This document shows, piece after piece, positions 7,393 to 18,500 of a stretch of 64,000 nt of DNA. The position numbers and the translations under genes are program-made. Location of the stretch: IMG/VR virus record IMGVR_UViG_3300006802_012847, positions 1 through 64,000 of that record; one strand, given 5' to 3'. Each line of letters opens with the position of its first letter. Within the stretch, counting starts at the first letter, position 1. Source of the stretch: a virus. The notes under the pieces were generated by a model, which saw nothing but the letters and a program-made list of their open reading frames with translations, searched no databases and was not told the DNA's origin.

Positions 7393-10287
7393 ATGGCAAA
7401 ATGGAAAGAAAAAAAAAGAGGCACTCCTAGTACAATAAATTTATTTGGAGACAAAGTTGCATTTCCTTTGAAAAAAGAAAGTGTATTTCCACTTGCTTCA
7501 TACAGACCATTGTTTTGGGTATTTGCTGGAGATAAAATTTCATGGTTTTCTGGCGGTACTCAAGAAAAAATGAATAAAGTTGCTTTTGATTTTGCAGCTG
7601 ATTTTTTGGATTTACAAGGACAAGCTAATCCAGATGAACCTGTGACTGGTCTTAATGAAAGTCAAAGATTAGCTCTTTTAAATTTATGGCAACAGAATGG
7701 AGTAAATACATTATGGTCTGATGTTAATTTAACAATAGGTATGCCGCCACACGATAAGTGGGTTATAAATCCACAAAGTGGTAAAAATTTTGAGAATGTA
7801 AGTTATGCGAATCAAATTGCCGAAAACTTATTAGCGATTGAACGTGGCGATCAAAATGTGATTCAAGCTATATCTGATAGTACTGGACCAACTGGGTGGA
7901 AATTTGTTAATTCTAGTACAGCAAGAAATCCGACATACTTTGAGTTTAGGGGGCCTATGATTTTTACTCCGTATAATATCGCTAATAGGCCATGGTTTAA
8001 AGAAAATTTTAAAGGTGAATTCGGTCAATTTTTACTTAAGCTTTTGCAGATTGATTTTACAAATAATCCATCTGATTTAGGAACAGCATCAACAGAATTT
8101 CCTATTGACTTTAAAATTTATGCACAATTTGCTATACAATATGCGACTAGATATGAAATTGAATTATTAACACAACGTTTGGATAGAGCGGATGACACTG
8201 GTCAACAATTTCTTGATTATATAGAGGTTGCATATGATGCGGCTAAAATAATTGTTACAAAAGGTGCATCTTTTCCTGAACCTGGATTTGATTCAGTAAA
8301 AAGAATATTTGGAGGAGTATTTGGAAAGCCTGTAGATCCTATACCAGCAGAGCCTGGTCCGCCAACACAAACTATTTCTGGAATTAAAAATAAACCACCC
8401 ACAGTTGATAATCCAAATATTGAACTTCCATCTCAAGTTGTAAAAGGATTAGATCCAAACGTTGCTCAAAGTGCAGCAGCTGCTGCTCGTGGAGGAGGCA
8501 GTAGTTTAGTGTCTGGAGCTGCTGGTGCTGCACAAGGTGCTGTCGGTGGATTAGCTGGAGCTGCTGGCGGATTAGCTAGTCAAGCCCAAGGTGCTGTCGG
8601 TGGTATTGGGGGAGGTATTCAAAATGCTGTTGGTGGTGTTACTGGAGGTATTGGTAATGCTGTTAGTGGTGTTACTGGTGGGATTGGCAACGCTATTGGT
8701 GGTGTTACTGGAGGTATTGGTAATGCTGTTAGTGGTGTTACCGGCGGTATCGGCGGAGCTTTGAGTAATATTCCAGGTGTTGGTGGTGCATTAGGAGGAG
8801 CTGTAAGTGGTGTAGGTGGTGCTGTTGGTGGGCTTACCAGTGGAATTGGAGGAGCAGTAGGTGGTTTAACATCTGGAATCGGAGGCGCTGTTGGAGGGGC
8901 TGTAAGCGGTGCTGGTGGTGTGTTAAATAATTTAGGTAGTGGTTTAGTTGGAGGAGCAGCTATAGGAGCTGGCATAGGAGCATTGGCTGGAAAAGGTAAA
9001 GGAGCATTAATTGGTGCTGCTGGAGGGGCTTTAGCCGGAGGAGCTTTAGATAAATTAAATCCAAAAGGACTTACTCCAGATGGTTTAGGAAAAAATTGGT
9101 CGCCTGATAAATTCAGTCCAGAATCAATTGCTGGGAACAATGTTAAGATAGATCCTAAGACTGGAGCTATAAGTAATATAAAAGATAAAGTAGGGGGATT
9201 AGCTAGTAAAGTTGGCGGTGCTGTTAGTGGTGTTACTGGTGGTATAGGCGGTGCCGTTAGTGGTGTCACTGGCGGAATTGGTAACGCTGTTAGTGGTGTC
9301 ACTGGCGGAATTGGCGGTGCTTTGAGTAATGTTCCAGGCGTTGGTGGTGCATTAGGAGGAGCTGTAAGTGGTGTGGGTGGCGCTGTCGGTGGATTAACTT
9401 CTGGAATTGGAGGAGCAGCTGGTAATTTAGTTGGAAATGTTGGTGCATCTCTAACACCAGGTGGAGGCGGATTAGGAGGAATTGTAAGTTCAGTAGGTGG
9501 AGCTGTAAGCGGAGTCGGTGGTGCTATAGGCAGTTCAGTTGGAGGTGTTGCTGGATCAGCCACTGGCGCTGTTAAAAGTATACCAGGTTTAGGTAATCCA
9601 GTTGGAAATTTAGTTAGTGGGGCTGGAGGTGCGGTAAGTAATGTTGTTGGAGGTATAAGTGGTGGAGTTGGAGGAGGTTTAGGAAAAGTGGGTAGTGGAC
9701 TTAGTGGTACTACTAGTGCAGCTACTGCAGTGGCAACTGCTAAGTTAGATTCTGCGAAATCAACACTCGCGTCTGTTCAATCAGATATGCCAGTTCCGAA
9801 AGTTCCACAAGCAGCATCATCTCCTAGAATAAAAACTGTGGAGATTAAGAAACCAGAACCTAAAGTTGAAAAGCCTACCAAACCAATTGATCAACAAGAA
9901 AAAGAAGAATTTGAAAAATTAAAAACTTTAGCAACACAGTACATTGCAGATTATATTTCTACATATGAAAAAACTAAAGCTATGGGACTTCCTGATCCAA
10001 TCAGTGCGTACTTTAAATCGACGTATTCCAAAGATTTCAAAAGGAAATTAGGAACCAATGTTAAAAGATATACCAGCGAAGATGAAAAATTGAATCCATG
10101 GTACACATATTATGGTGGTATATGGGACAAATATCTTGCCCAAAGATGGACATGGGAAAAATTAAGTAATGATATAAGAAGCAGTGGGAAAACTAAAAAA
10201 ATATTGGAAGAACTTTTAAAAAATCTTGGATACTCTAAGGTCGAAAAATTGAAAAATAATGCCGAGGAGGTGCCTCTTCCACAATAA
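7393..10287 (+). CDS. Large Gly-rich virion-associated protein (11-residue repeats, glycine-zipper motif)
   Basis: GGVTGGIGNAV repeats and GGAAIGAGIGALAG...GALIGAAGGALAG; located in the baseplate operon. Confidence 0.7.
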   Translation: MAKWKEKKRGTPSTINLFGDKVAFPLKKESVFPLASYRPLFWVFAGDKISWFSGGTQEKMNKVAFDFAADFLDLQGQANPDEPVTGLNESQRLALLNLWQQNGVNTLWSDVNLTIGMPPHDKWVINPQSGKNFENVSYANQIAENLLAIERGDQNVIQAISDSTGPTGWKFVNSSTARNPTYFEFRGPMIFTPYNIANRPWFKENFKGEFGQFLLKLLQIDFTNNPSDLGTASTEFPIDFKIYAQFAIQYATRYEIELLTQRLDRADDTGQQFLDYIEVAYDAAKIIVTKGASFPEPGFDSVKRIFGGVFGKPVDPIPAEPGPPTQTISGIKNKPPTVDNPNIELPSQVVKGLDPNVAQSAAAAARGGGSSLVSGAAGAAQGAVGGLAGAAGGLASQAQGAVGGIGGGIQNAVGGVTGGIGNAVSGVTGGIGNAIGGVTGGIGNAVSGVTGGIGGALSNIPGVGGALGGAVSGVGGAVGGLTSGIGGAVGGLTSGIGGAVGGAVSGAGGVLNNLGSGLVGGAAIGAGIGALAGKGKGALIGAAGGALAGGALDKLNPKGLTPDGLGKNWSPDKFSPESIAGNNVKIDPKTGAISNIKDKVGGLASKVGGAVSGVTGGIGGAVSGVTGGIGNAVSGVTGGIGGALSNVPGVGGALGGAVSGVGGAVGGLTSGIGGAAGNLVGNVGASLTPGGGGLGGIVSSVGGAVSGVGGAIGSSVGGVAGSATGAVKSIPGLGNPVGNLVSGAGGAVSNVVGGISGGVGGGLGKVGSGLSGTTSAATAVATAKLDSAKSTLASVQSDMPVPKVPQAASSPRIKTVEIKKPEPKVEKPTKPIDQQEKEEFEKLKTLATQYIADYISTYEKTKAMGLPDPISAYFKSTYSKDFKRKLGTNVKRYTSEDEKLNPWYTYYGGIWDKYLAQRWTWEKLSNDIRSSGKTKKILEELLKNLGYSKVEKLKNNAEEVPLPQ
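8480..9720 (+). repeat. Gly-rich coding repeats with an internal duplication (~8720-8860 vs ~9280-9420)
   Basis: Near-identical GNAVSGVTGGIGGALSN(I/V)PGVGGALGGAVSGVGGAVGGLTSGIGGA blocks; 33-bp periodicity. Confidence 0.85.
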
Positions 10288-10336
10288 AATACCATTAAAT
10301 TAACTTAAATATAGAACAATACAATAATTATATAAT

Positions 10337-10771
10337 ATGAAAGTAGAAGCATTAAGAGAAATGATAAGAAAAGAGATAAGATCTGTAATCCGGGAGGAAT
10401 TCGGAAATTACTTATCTGAAGTATTTTCTAAACCAAAACAATCTAGTGCAGGAGATATTAGTTTATCTTCTATGGTTTCAGAAAATGTCGAAGAACATGA
10501 ACCGGTTACATCCCACGAACCTAAAAAGTTTGTAAAATACACAAATAATGATCTCTTGAATCAAGTTTTGAATGAAACAAAAGGTGGAGTTCCACAAGAA
10601 GGTGGAGGTCTGGTTTCAATTGAAGGTCAAGTAGATAGTATCTCAAGTGTATTAAATGAATCGGCTGTTAAAGATGCTCCTGAGCCAGTAAAAACTGTAG
10701 CAAAAGCTATTAATAGAGATTATAGTTCTTTGATGAAAGCAATTGACAAAAAACGTACAGATAAAAAGTAA
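10337..10771 (+). CDS. Phage hypothetical protein
   Basis: 144-aa ORF; TAATTAT promoter variant upstream; LNQVLNET and RDYSSLMK segments. Confidence 0.7.
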   Translation: MKVEALREMIRKEIRSVIREEFGNYLSEVFSKPKQSSAGDISLSSMVSENVEEHEPVTSHEPKKFVKYTNNDLLNQVLNETKGGVPQEGGGLVSIEGQVDSISSVLNESAVKDAPEPVKTVAKAINRDYSSLMKAIDKKRTDKK

Positions 10772-10774
10772 CAT

Positions 10775-11176
10775 ATGCCAACTCAAACACTTGGACTAAA
10801 AATACCGTTTAGATTGGGTCAGAATGGATATTTTGACGCAAATGTTACAACTATTGGTCAAGTGTCTAGTAATATAAGAAATTTATTATTAACTAAACCA
10901 GGCGAACGAAGGTTTAATAATGAGTTTGGATCGGGTTTATATTCATTATTATTTGATCAGACTGATTTGGATGTAAATAAAGATATTATAATTGACATTG
11001 TACAGCGTGATATTGATAGATTTTTGAATGGAGTGATCGTTGATAATGTAAATGTACAATTATCGACCATTCAACCTGATAACAGAGACATGAATAAGAT
11101 ACTTATTACTGTAGACTTTACATATAATAGTATGGTTGGGACTACAGAAGTTGAAATCTCAAAAAATAACATTTAA
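10775..11176 (+). CDS. gp25: Baseplate wedge subunit, GPW/gp25 family
   Basis: NIRNLLLTKPGERRFNNEFGSGLYSLLFD signature. Confidence 0.9.
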   Translation: MPTQTLGLKIPFRLGQNGYFDANVTTIGQVSSNIRNLLLTKPGERRFNNEFGSGLYSLLFDQTDLDVNKDIIIDIVQRDIDRFLNGVIVDNVNVQLSTIQPDNRDMNKILITVDFTYNSMVGTTEVEISKNNI

Positions 11177-13185
11177 TGGCACAGATAACTAACAAAACAT
11201 TTAAAGCGAATACAAAAGATGTAAATTATGTCAATAGAGACTTTACATCTTTGAAGTCGCAACTTATTGATTTTACTAAACAGTATTATCCATTAAATTA
11301 CAGAGATTTTAGTGAAAGTTCTCCAGGACAAATTTTTATAGAACAAGCAGCTTATGTTGGAGACATTCTTTCTTATTATACAGATCAACAATTTAAAGAA
11401 AGTTTTATTCAATTTGCTACTGATCGTAGAAATTTAGTAAATCAGGCTCAATATTTAGGATATAAACCAAAAGTGTCATCGGCTTCATCTGCTACGATAG
11501 AAGTATTTCAGTTAGTTCCAGCGAAAAGAGTTCAATCGGTGAATAATATCAGTGTAACTAACGAGTATATTCCAGATGAAACTTATTGTTTGATACTAAA
11601 ACCATTTACAAGCTTAAATAGTTTATCTGGAGTTACATTTTTAATTGAAGATAGTTTGGATTTTTCCCAAGATACACCATTCTCTCCAAGAGAAGTATCA
11701 GTGTATAGTCGTGATAATACAGGTGCTCCATTATTTTATCTATTGAAGAAAACTACTAAAGCGTATTCTGGTACACTAATAACAAAACAATTTAGCATAG
11801 GATCGCCACAATCATTTTTACAATTAAAATTAGAAGCAACCAACGTATTAAAAGTAGTAAGTATTGTAGATAGTAATAATAATAACTACTATGAATCACA
11901 ATACTTGGCTCAAGATACTATTCCCATTTCTGTTGATAATGTTCCCCTTAATAATCAAACACTTTCTAAATACAAAGGTGAGACACCTAAATTATTAAAG
12001 TATTTAAGGACAGAAAAAAGGTTTATCACTAGGGTGGATGAATCGAATTACACATATATTCAGTTTGGAGCAAACACAGAAAATTATGATAATACTGTCA
12101 TCATACCAAATCCTTCCAATGTTGGTGTGTCATTGTCTAATTTAAACAAATTGAATATAAGTTTAGATGGAACAAATGTTTTAAAAGCTAATTCTTATGG
12201 AGTCTCTCCATCTAATACAACTTTAACAGTAACTTATATAGTCGGTGGTGGTTTAGATTCTAATGTTAACTCAGGAGAAATTAATACATTTGCTGGTGTA
12301 GCTTATTTAAATGATACAACTGGTTTGACCGATAGTCAAGTAACATTATTTAATAATATTAAGAACTCCTTGAGAGTAAATAATGTAGAAGCCGCAACTG
12401 GTGGTGATGAGGCTGAAACTAACGAGGAAATTAGACAAAATGCGATTGCTAATTTTTCTTCTCAAAACAGAATTATTACAGAAGAAGATATATTACTGAG
12501 AGTATATTCACTACAACCCCAATTTGGAAGTGTAGCTAAAGCATTTGTACAATCAAACTCTACAAGACAAGTTGCTTATTCTGGATTAATTTCTGGTATA
12601 GTGAATGCTACAACTAATAATGAAGTATTAGACTTGAATCCGCTGAATCCATTAGATAGAAGAAAGTTCTTAGAGTCTAATAATCCATTTACAAATAATC
12701 TGTATATACTTGGGTACGACATAAACAAAAATTTAACCAAGATTAATGAAGCAACTTTGTTAAATCTTAAAAATTACCTAAGTCAATATAAAATTTTAAC
12801 AGATAAATTTAATATTATTGATGGATATATTATCAATATAGGTGTGGAGTTTAAGATAAGCGTATTTAACGGATTTAACAAACGTGACGTATTAGATAAT
12901 TGTATTTTTTCAGTTCAAGAATTTTTTGATATAGATAATTGGGGTTTTAATCAACCAATTAATTTAAGTCAGTTGACATTTGAGATTATGAAAAATGAAG
13001 GAGTGCAATCTGTTACAGATGTTCAAATTAAAAACTTAACATATGACAACAATGGTACACAATATTCTCCAATATCATACAACATAAGTATAGCTACACA
13101 AAATAATATTGTTTATCCATCAAAAGACCCTTCTATATTTGAAGTAAAATTTCCAACAACAGACATTAAAGGATTAGTGGTATAA
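11176..13185 (+). CDS. gp6: Baseplate wedge protein, T4 gp6/baseplate-J-like
   Basis: RDFTSLKSQL...DFSESSPG..FIE..AYVGDILSYY; ATGGDEAETNEEIR.NA...FSSQNR..T..D. Confidence 0.85.
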   Translation: MAQITNKTFKANTKDVNYVNRDFTSLKSQLIDFTKQYYPLNYRDFSESSPGQIFIEQAAYVGDILSYYTDQQFKESFIQFATDRRNLVNQAQYLGYKPKVSSASSATIEVFQLVPAKRVQSVNNISVTNEYIPDETYCLILKPFTSLNSLSGVTFLIEDSLDFSQDTPFSPREVSVYSRDNTGAPLFYLLKKTTKAYSGTLITKQFSIGSPQSFLQLKLEATNVLKVVSIVDSNNNNYYESQYLAQDTIPISVDNVPLNNQTLSKYKGETPKLLKYLRTEKRFITRVDESNYTYIQFGANTENYDNTVIIPNPSNVGVSLSNLNKLNISLDGTNVLKANSYGVSPSNTTLTVTYIVGGGLDSNVNSGEINTFAGVAYLNDTTGLTDSQVTLFNNIKNSLRVNNVEAATGGDEAETNEEIRQNAIANFSSQNRIITEEDILLRVYSLQPQFGSVAKAFVQSNSTRQVAYSGLISGIVNATTNNEVLDLNPLNPLDRRKFLESNNPFTNNLYILGYDINKNLTKINEATLLNLKNYLSQYKILTDKFNIIDGYIINIGVEFKISVFNGFNKRDVLDNCIFSVQEFFDIDNWGFNQPINLSQLTFEIMKNEGVQSVTDVQIKNLTYDNNGTQYSPISYNISIATQNNIVYPSKDPSIFEVKFPTTDIKGLVV

Positions 13186-13186
13186 T

Positions 13187-15040
13187 ATGCATACATTTAT
13201 TTATCCATCACAAGACACTTTCATAAATAGCGACAAGCAATATGTCAATAGAAATTTTGGCATAGATGAAATTTTAGAGATTTATGCCAGCAATGATGGT
13301 AGAATATTTGAATATACCAATCCGATTTGGCACGCTCCTCCATGTTCGACATCTTCGTATGGAAATAATGGATGGTTAGCATATGGAACATCGAGTTATT
13401 TTGTGTACTCAGGAAGTTCATGGTATACAATTCCATTTACTACCAATCAATTTTTAAAATTTACCGCAATTGCAAATTTCACTGGAAAATTTTCTTATAT
13501 TACTGGAAGTAATGCTACAGCGTTATATGCTTCTGGATCTGCAACATCAGCATCTGGTTCATTTAGCGGAAGTTTTAGTGTAAATAATCCTACAAATTTT
13601 AATGGAACTATTAGCAGTGCTAGTTTTACTGGTACTATATACAGTGGTTCAAATTTTACAAGCTTAACTTGGAATAATAAATCATATGTAGTGTCTCCAT
13701 TAACAGAAAGTTTAAGTGGATCTGGTGATTTTAAAGGATTAGTAGGCACAGCATATGGATATGGATCTGCTTGTACAGATGGTACGTTTTTTGGAAGTAT
13801 AACCAGTTCTAATTTTGCTGGATATATTTCTGGTAGTGTTGAAGCAAGAGCAGGCGGAGAATACTTAAATGTAGAAAACTTTCAAGGATATTTTGCGGGT
13901 AGACGAGATGGAACAATTAGTGCTCCATCATATAAATATTTTCTAAAAGAACCACAGTTTTCTAGAACTCTAGTAGAATTTGATATAACTAACATAAGTG
14001 CTTCTATAGCAAATAATCAAATTTCTAGTTCAAATATAAAATTTACACTTAATCTAACTGCGTGTGGTCAAAGAAATTTACCACTAGACTATACGCTTTA
14101 TGCTTATCCAGTAAGTCAAAGTTGGGACAATGGAAATGGTCGATGGGCAAATGATGGATCTACAATGGGTGCTAGTTGGAATTTCAGAGATTATTCTGGA
14201 AGTAAAGCATGGTATACTCCATATACTGCTAGTTATCAACAAATAGATTACTTAACCAATTCAGCAAATCAAACTGCTAGTTTTAAACACGGAGGTGGTA
14301 CATGGTATTATGATGTTCCATCGTCATATACTAATAAAGATTTTTGGTTTTGTTCATCCTCTGCATTTCCCGGTTTAAGTGGATCTAGTTTAATTTGCAG
14401 TCAATCATACACGTTGGGACAACAAGGTGACATTACGATGGATGTTACTCCGATTGTACGTTCTTGGATATGTGGATGTGTTCCGAATCAAGGAATTATT
14501 TTAATGTCTTCATTAGAAACTACAGTTCCGCCAGTTGGCAAGACAAATGGATTATTACAATTTTTCAGTAAAGAAACAAATACAATATATTCTCCCTATA
14601 TAGACGTTGCTTGGGATGATACAGTTTATAATACTGGAAGCCTTGCTCCTGTTACAGGTTCTATAGAAAATTTAATTACGTTAAGATCTGTAAAAGAAAC
14701 TTATAAGGCTGGAAGTTTACCTAAAGTATTTGTATTTGCTAGAGATGAGTATCCGCTTAAATCTTTTAATAAAGCGTATCAGCAACCATCGATGATTACT
14801 CCTAAATATCTTCCAACATCTTCATATTATATGATAAAAGATGCTGAGTCTGAAGAAGTTTTTATAGACTTTGATCAATACTCAAAACTCAGCTGTGATC
14901 CAACTTATGGAAATTATTTCAAATTTGATACAACAGGATTACCACAAGAAAGATATTTTAAGATATTTATAAAGGCGGAGTATCCAGATGGAACTGTTAA
15001 TATTGTGGAAACCGATAAAGTGTTCAAAATTGTGAGGTAA
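13187..15040 (+). CDS. Baseplate/structural protein (DNRLRE-like beta domain with S/G-rich insertion)
   Basis: DTFI..., NFGIDEILEI, SRTLVEFD, YAYPVSQSWDNG.G, FFSKETNTIYSP segments; operon context. Confidence 0.6.
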   Translation: MHTFIYPSQDTFINSDKQYVNRNFGIDEILEIYASNDGRIFEYTNPIWHAPPCSTSSYGNNGWLAYGTSSYFVYSGSSWYTIPFTTNQFLKFTAIANFTGKFSYITGSNATALYASGSATSASGSFSGSFSVNNPTNFNGTISSASFTGTIYSGSNFTSLTWNNKSYVVSPLTESLSGSGDFKGLVGTAYGYGSACTDGTFFGSITSSNFAGYISGSVEARAGGEYLNVENFQGYFAGRRDGTISAPSYKYFLKEPQFSRTLVEFDITNISASIANNQISSSNIKFTLNLTACGQRNLPLDYTLYAYPVSQSWDNGNGRWANDGSTMGASWNFRDYSGSKAWYTPYTASYQQIDYLTNSANQTASFKHGGGTWYYDVPSSYTNKDFWFCSSSAFPGLSGSSLICSQSYTLGQQGDITMDVTPIVRSWICGCVPNQGIILMSSLETTVPPVGKTNGLLQFFSKETNTIYSPYIDVAWDDTVYNTGSLAPVTGSIENLITLRSVKETYKAGSLPKVFVFARDEYPLKSFNKAYQQPSMITPKYLPTSSYYMIKDAESEEVFIDFDQYSKLSCDPTYGNYFKFDTTGLPQERYFKIFIKAEYPDGTVNIVETDKVFKIVR

Positions 15041-15041
15041 T

Positions 15042-15518
15042 ATGGCTGATTTATTTGTCGAATATAATGTTGGTCTGACAGATTTGCAAAAATTTAAAGA
15101 CCTGGGAGAATTTTCAAACAACATCGATGAGTTTGGAAATTTTCAACTCATTTACAATAATGTTGCTCAACAAGATGGCAAAGTTTATTATACAAAAATG
15201 CCATTAAGAGTACTAGATTATAACGATGAAAAAATCTTAGACACAAATAACCCAGGGTTTGAAGAACTTCAATCTGAAGACCGTAAAGAACAACAAGACG
15301 TTAACCAAATTTTAGAACAATACAATATTGCTATCGAAGAAAACAGAATTTTAAATCAAACAGTTAATACTCTTGTACAAAAATACGAGAACAATGATGA
15401 TAAACAAGTTATTGCCGCGATGCAAAAAGAATTGATAGGATTGAGAATACAATTAGGACAAGGAAACGTCCCATCAGACTTTAGTGATCAGTTTCCATTT
15501 TTACCATTAGAGAATTAA
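15042..15518 (+). CDS. Hypothetical structural-module protein (coiled coil)
   Basis: 158-aa ORF tightly coupled to both neighbours. Confidence 0.65.
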   Translation: MADLFVEYNVGLTDLQKFKDLGEFSNNIDEFGNFQLIYNNVAQQDGKVYYTKMPLRVLDYNDEKILDTNNPGFEELQSEDRKEQQDVNQILEQYNIAIEENRILNQTVNTLVQKYENNDDKQVIAAMQKELIGLRIQLGQGNVPSDFSDQFPFLPLEN

Positions 15519-15521
15519 CGT

Positions 15522-18500
15522 ATGCCATACAGTTATTTAACAATAGATGAACAACAACTAACTACGGGTATAGTTGATAGTTCTTATTTTCCAGATAATC
15601 TACAAGAGCTGTATGAACAAAGTTTGTCCGATCAAGAAAAATTCTTTGGTTCATCCCCATATGATATAATTGAATGTTCTATATACAATGCAGATCAAGA
15701 AATTTTAGCATTTAATAGAATATATCCCACGGTTACATTTTCTGTTATACAAGGAAGTTATTATGACATAAATAATATATTGACGGAATATGATTTTAAT
15801 AAGCCGTTTACCAATTATGCTAAATTTAATAATCAAGTTTTATTAAATACAAGAGACTTTATAAAACAAAGTGATTTATCTCCGGGGCTATATTTTGTAC
15901 TTTATAATTTCATAAGGAATATTGCGGGAAATCCAGATTATAAATTAGCAATTAAAGAAGTTTCGCCGAGTAGAAAAGAAATAAGACTTTCCTATGGATT
16001 TAATACAGACTCGTCTCCAGAAGCAGACGATGTTAGAATTAGGGCTCAAGCATTTGCGGATAAAAAGTTTTTATTTTTACAATTATCTAATCAAATAAAT
16101 CAAATTATAGATAATAATCCTATTTCTGTTAACTTTAGGGAAAATGAAGATAATTTTAATTATTTGGAAGTTGCTCAAAATCTAGGATTAAAATCTCAAG
16201 CTGAGTTACAACAATTTATTATAGACACATATGTTGGTTATGATAAAATTATCACTTTATCGAGCAATGACACAAGTATAAAACAAACATCGAAGTTTAT
16301 AGGTATAGATACTCAGATAAAAAATTTCACATATACATACAACGACACAGAATTTACAGAAAGTGAAATTTTATTAGCATTTAAAACTATAGTTGCTAAA
16401 GTATCTCAAGATAGAATTTTACAAAAAACTTCACTTAATGAAGCTCAATTAGAACAAGCTATAGAAGTATTTGTAAAAGTAATTTATACCGATTGGTTGG
16501 AAACACAAACATCCGATTTGTTAGAAAATTATGCTAATAGATATTTTGGTCTTTTTAAGAATGCTTTAAATTTCGGAAATGGAAATTTAATTAAAATTTT
16601 AGACCATGCAAATTATTTCAATACAATTGATGGTCAAACTAATATACAGGTAAAATTAGATGAACCACTTCCATTAGAATATGATATTAGAAGCACGTGT
16701 TGGGTTTCTAATATTTCTTTATCGCCTTTATATTTTAAAGCAAATGTATTTTCTGAAGCAGTCAAACGAAATGTTTCATTGAATGGTGTAAATTTTGATG
16801 TAACCGTTAATGTATCAAATGCATCGAATGAACCGTTTGAAAGTAACAACGAGGATTCATTGTTGTATGCTAAACTCAGAGTACAACAAAAAATTAATGA
16901 TCTATTAGTAGACTATGATAATTTTTCTAATTTTATTTTATATTCGTCAGCTGAGTTAAGAACAAAGATAGCAAAAAATAAAATTTTAGATTATGATCAA
17001 AAAGAAACAAAGAAAAATTTATTATCGCAAACATCTTCATTAGTTACTACACCAATTAGTGCGTCATATGCGGCTGATTTTGAAAAACTGACAAAAGAAC
17101 AAATTTATATTTTAAATTCATTCGATGAATATGAATCTTATCTATTCTTTAATACATCAAGTATAAATGAAAAAATAGAAGATGGTGTTGATTATGACTT
17201 AGAAAATCCTGATAGTTTGATTAATCAGCTGCCAGAATATGTTCGTGAAGATCAAGATTCGTTAGATTATTTAAAGTTTACATCAATGGTTGGACACTTT
17301 TTTGATAATATAATGTTGTATATCAAAAAGTTCCCAAAAACCTATCCATTGGGGATGTCAGAAAACAGTGATTATCCCAAAAATTATTTAGATGAACTTT
17401 TAAATTCATTTAGCTGGGACACTTTAAATCTTAAATTGCAAAATAGTGATATGACGCAGTTTTTGTTTAACGACTCACAGTTTAGTGGATCACTTTCTAG
17501 TTCTTACTTTGAATATGGCAAATCAATATTAAACAGATTTGCAAACAACTTACCATACATTTATAAAACTAAAGGTACAGCGAACTCTTTGGAGTTAATT
17601 AGATCCATATTTGGAATTCCAGCAGAATTGGTAAATATTCGTGAGTATGGGAGTACAGATGTAACTGTTAATAGACAAAACTATTATGACTTCGAAGATA
17701 TTTTATACTTTGTTAGAATCAAAGATGATAGATATATCAAATTTGATTACAAGCCTCAGTATTACACGTATTTGCCGTTGGTAAAATATACAGAAACTGG
17801 ATCGGCATATTCTTCATCGTGGAGTACAGGTTCGTCTGGATTTTACCCATATACATCATCGGTTGGATTGATTGAAGAATTTACTTCATTTAAAACTATT
17901 GAAAGTACGTTTAGATTTAAGACTGATAATTACGATAAAGATAAGAAAATTCCGATAATTCAGAAAACTAGAAATGGGAAATTAGATTGGAAGGTTTATG
18001 TTCAAAAGACCCAACAAAAACAATCTGGTAAGTTGGTATTTGATATACATCCATATGAGTCTGGTTATACATCTAGTATTGTGAGTGATGAACTTCCATA
18101 TTTCAATGGTTCATTGTATACGTTTATGGTTAACCGTGATATATTAGGTTCATACGCTTTATACGATTCCGATAATACTGCATCTTCTAGTTTATATTCT
18201 AGTTCACGTTTTGTAAGTAATAGTGTAATTATAAACCTATCATCGAGCTTTACATCATCTGCCGCTGAAAAGTATGTTCCGTATGAATATAAACTTTCTG
18301 TAAATCAATATGAAGGTTCGTTGAAAAACTTTTATAGTAAGAAAACGAAGATAATTAACTACGCACAAAATCAATATTTTTCATCTGGTAGTTTTTATGT
18401 AGGAAATTATAATACTAATATTAACTTTAATGGTAATATTGACAAAATTAAAGTATTTAGAGAATCTGTTTCTGACGAAGACTTCGACGAACACAGTTAT

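Noticed and set aside
8619-9563. Minus-strand Pro/Thr-rich 314-aa ORF
   Set aside because: Antisense shadow of Gly codons in the 964-aa gene.
7393-10287. Tape measure protein call for the Gly-rich ORF
   Set aside because: 11-mer periodicity fits, but the extreme Gly content, lack of periodic aromatic residues and position after the spike gene do not support it.
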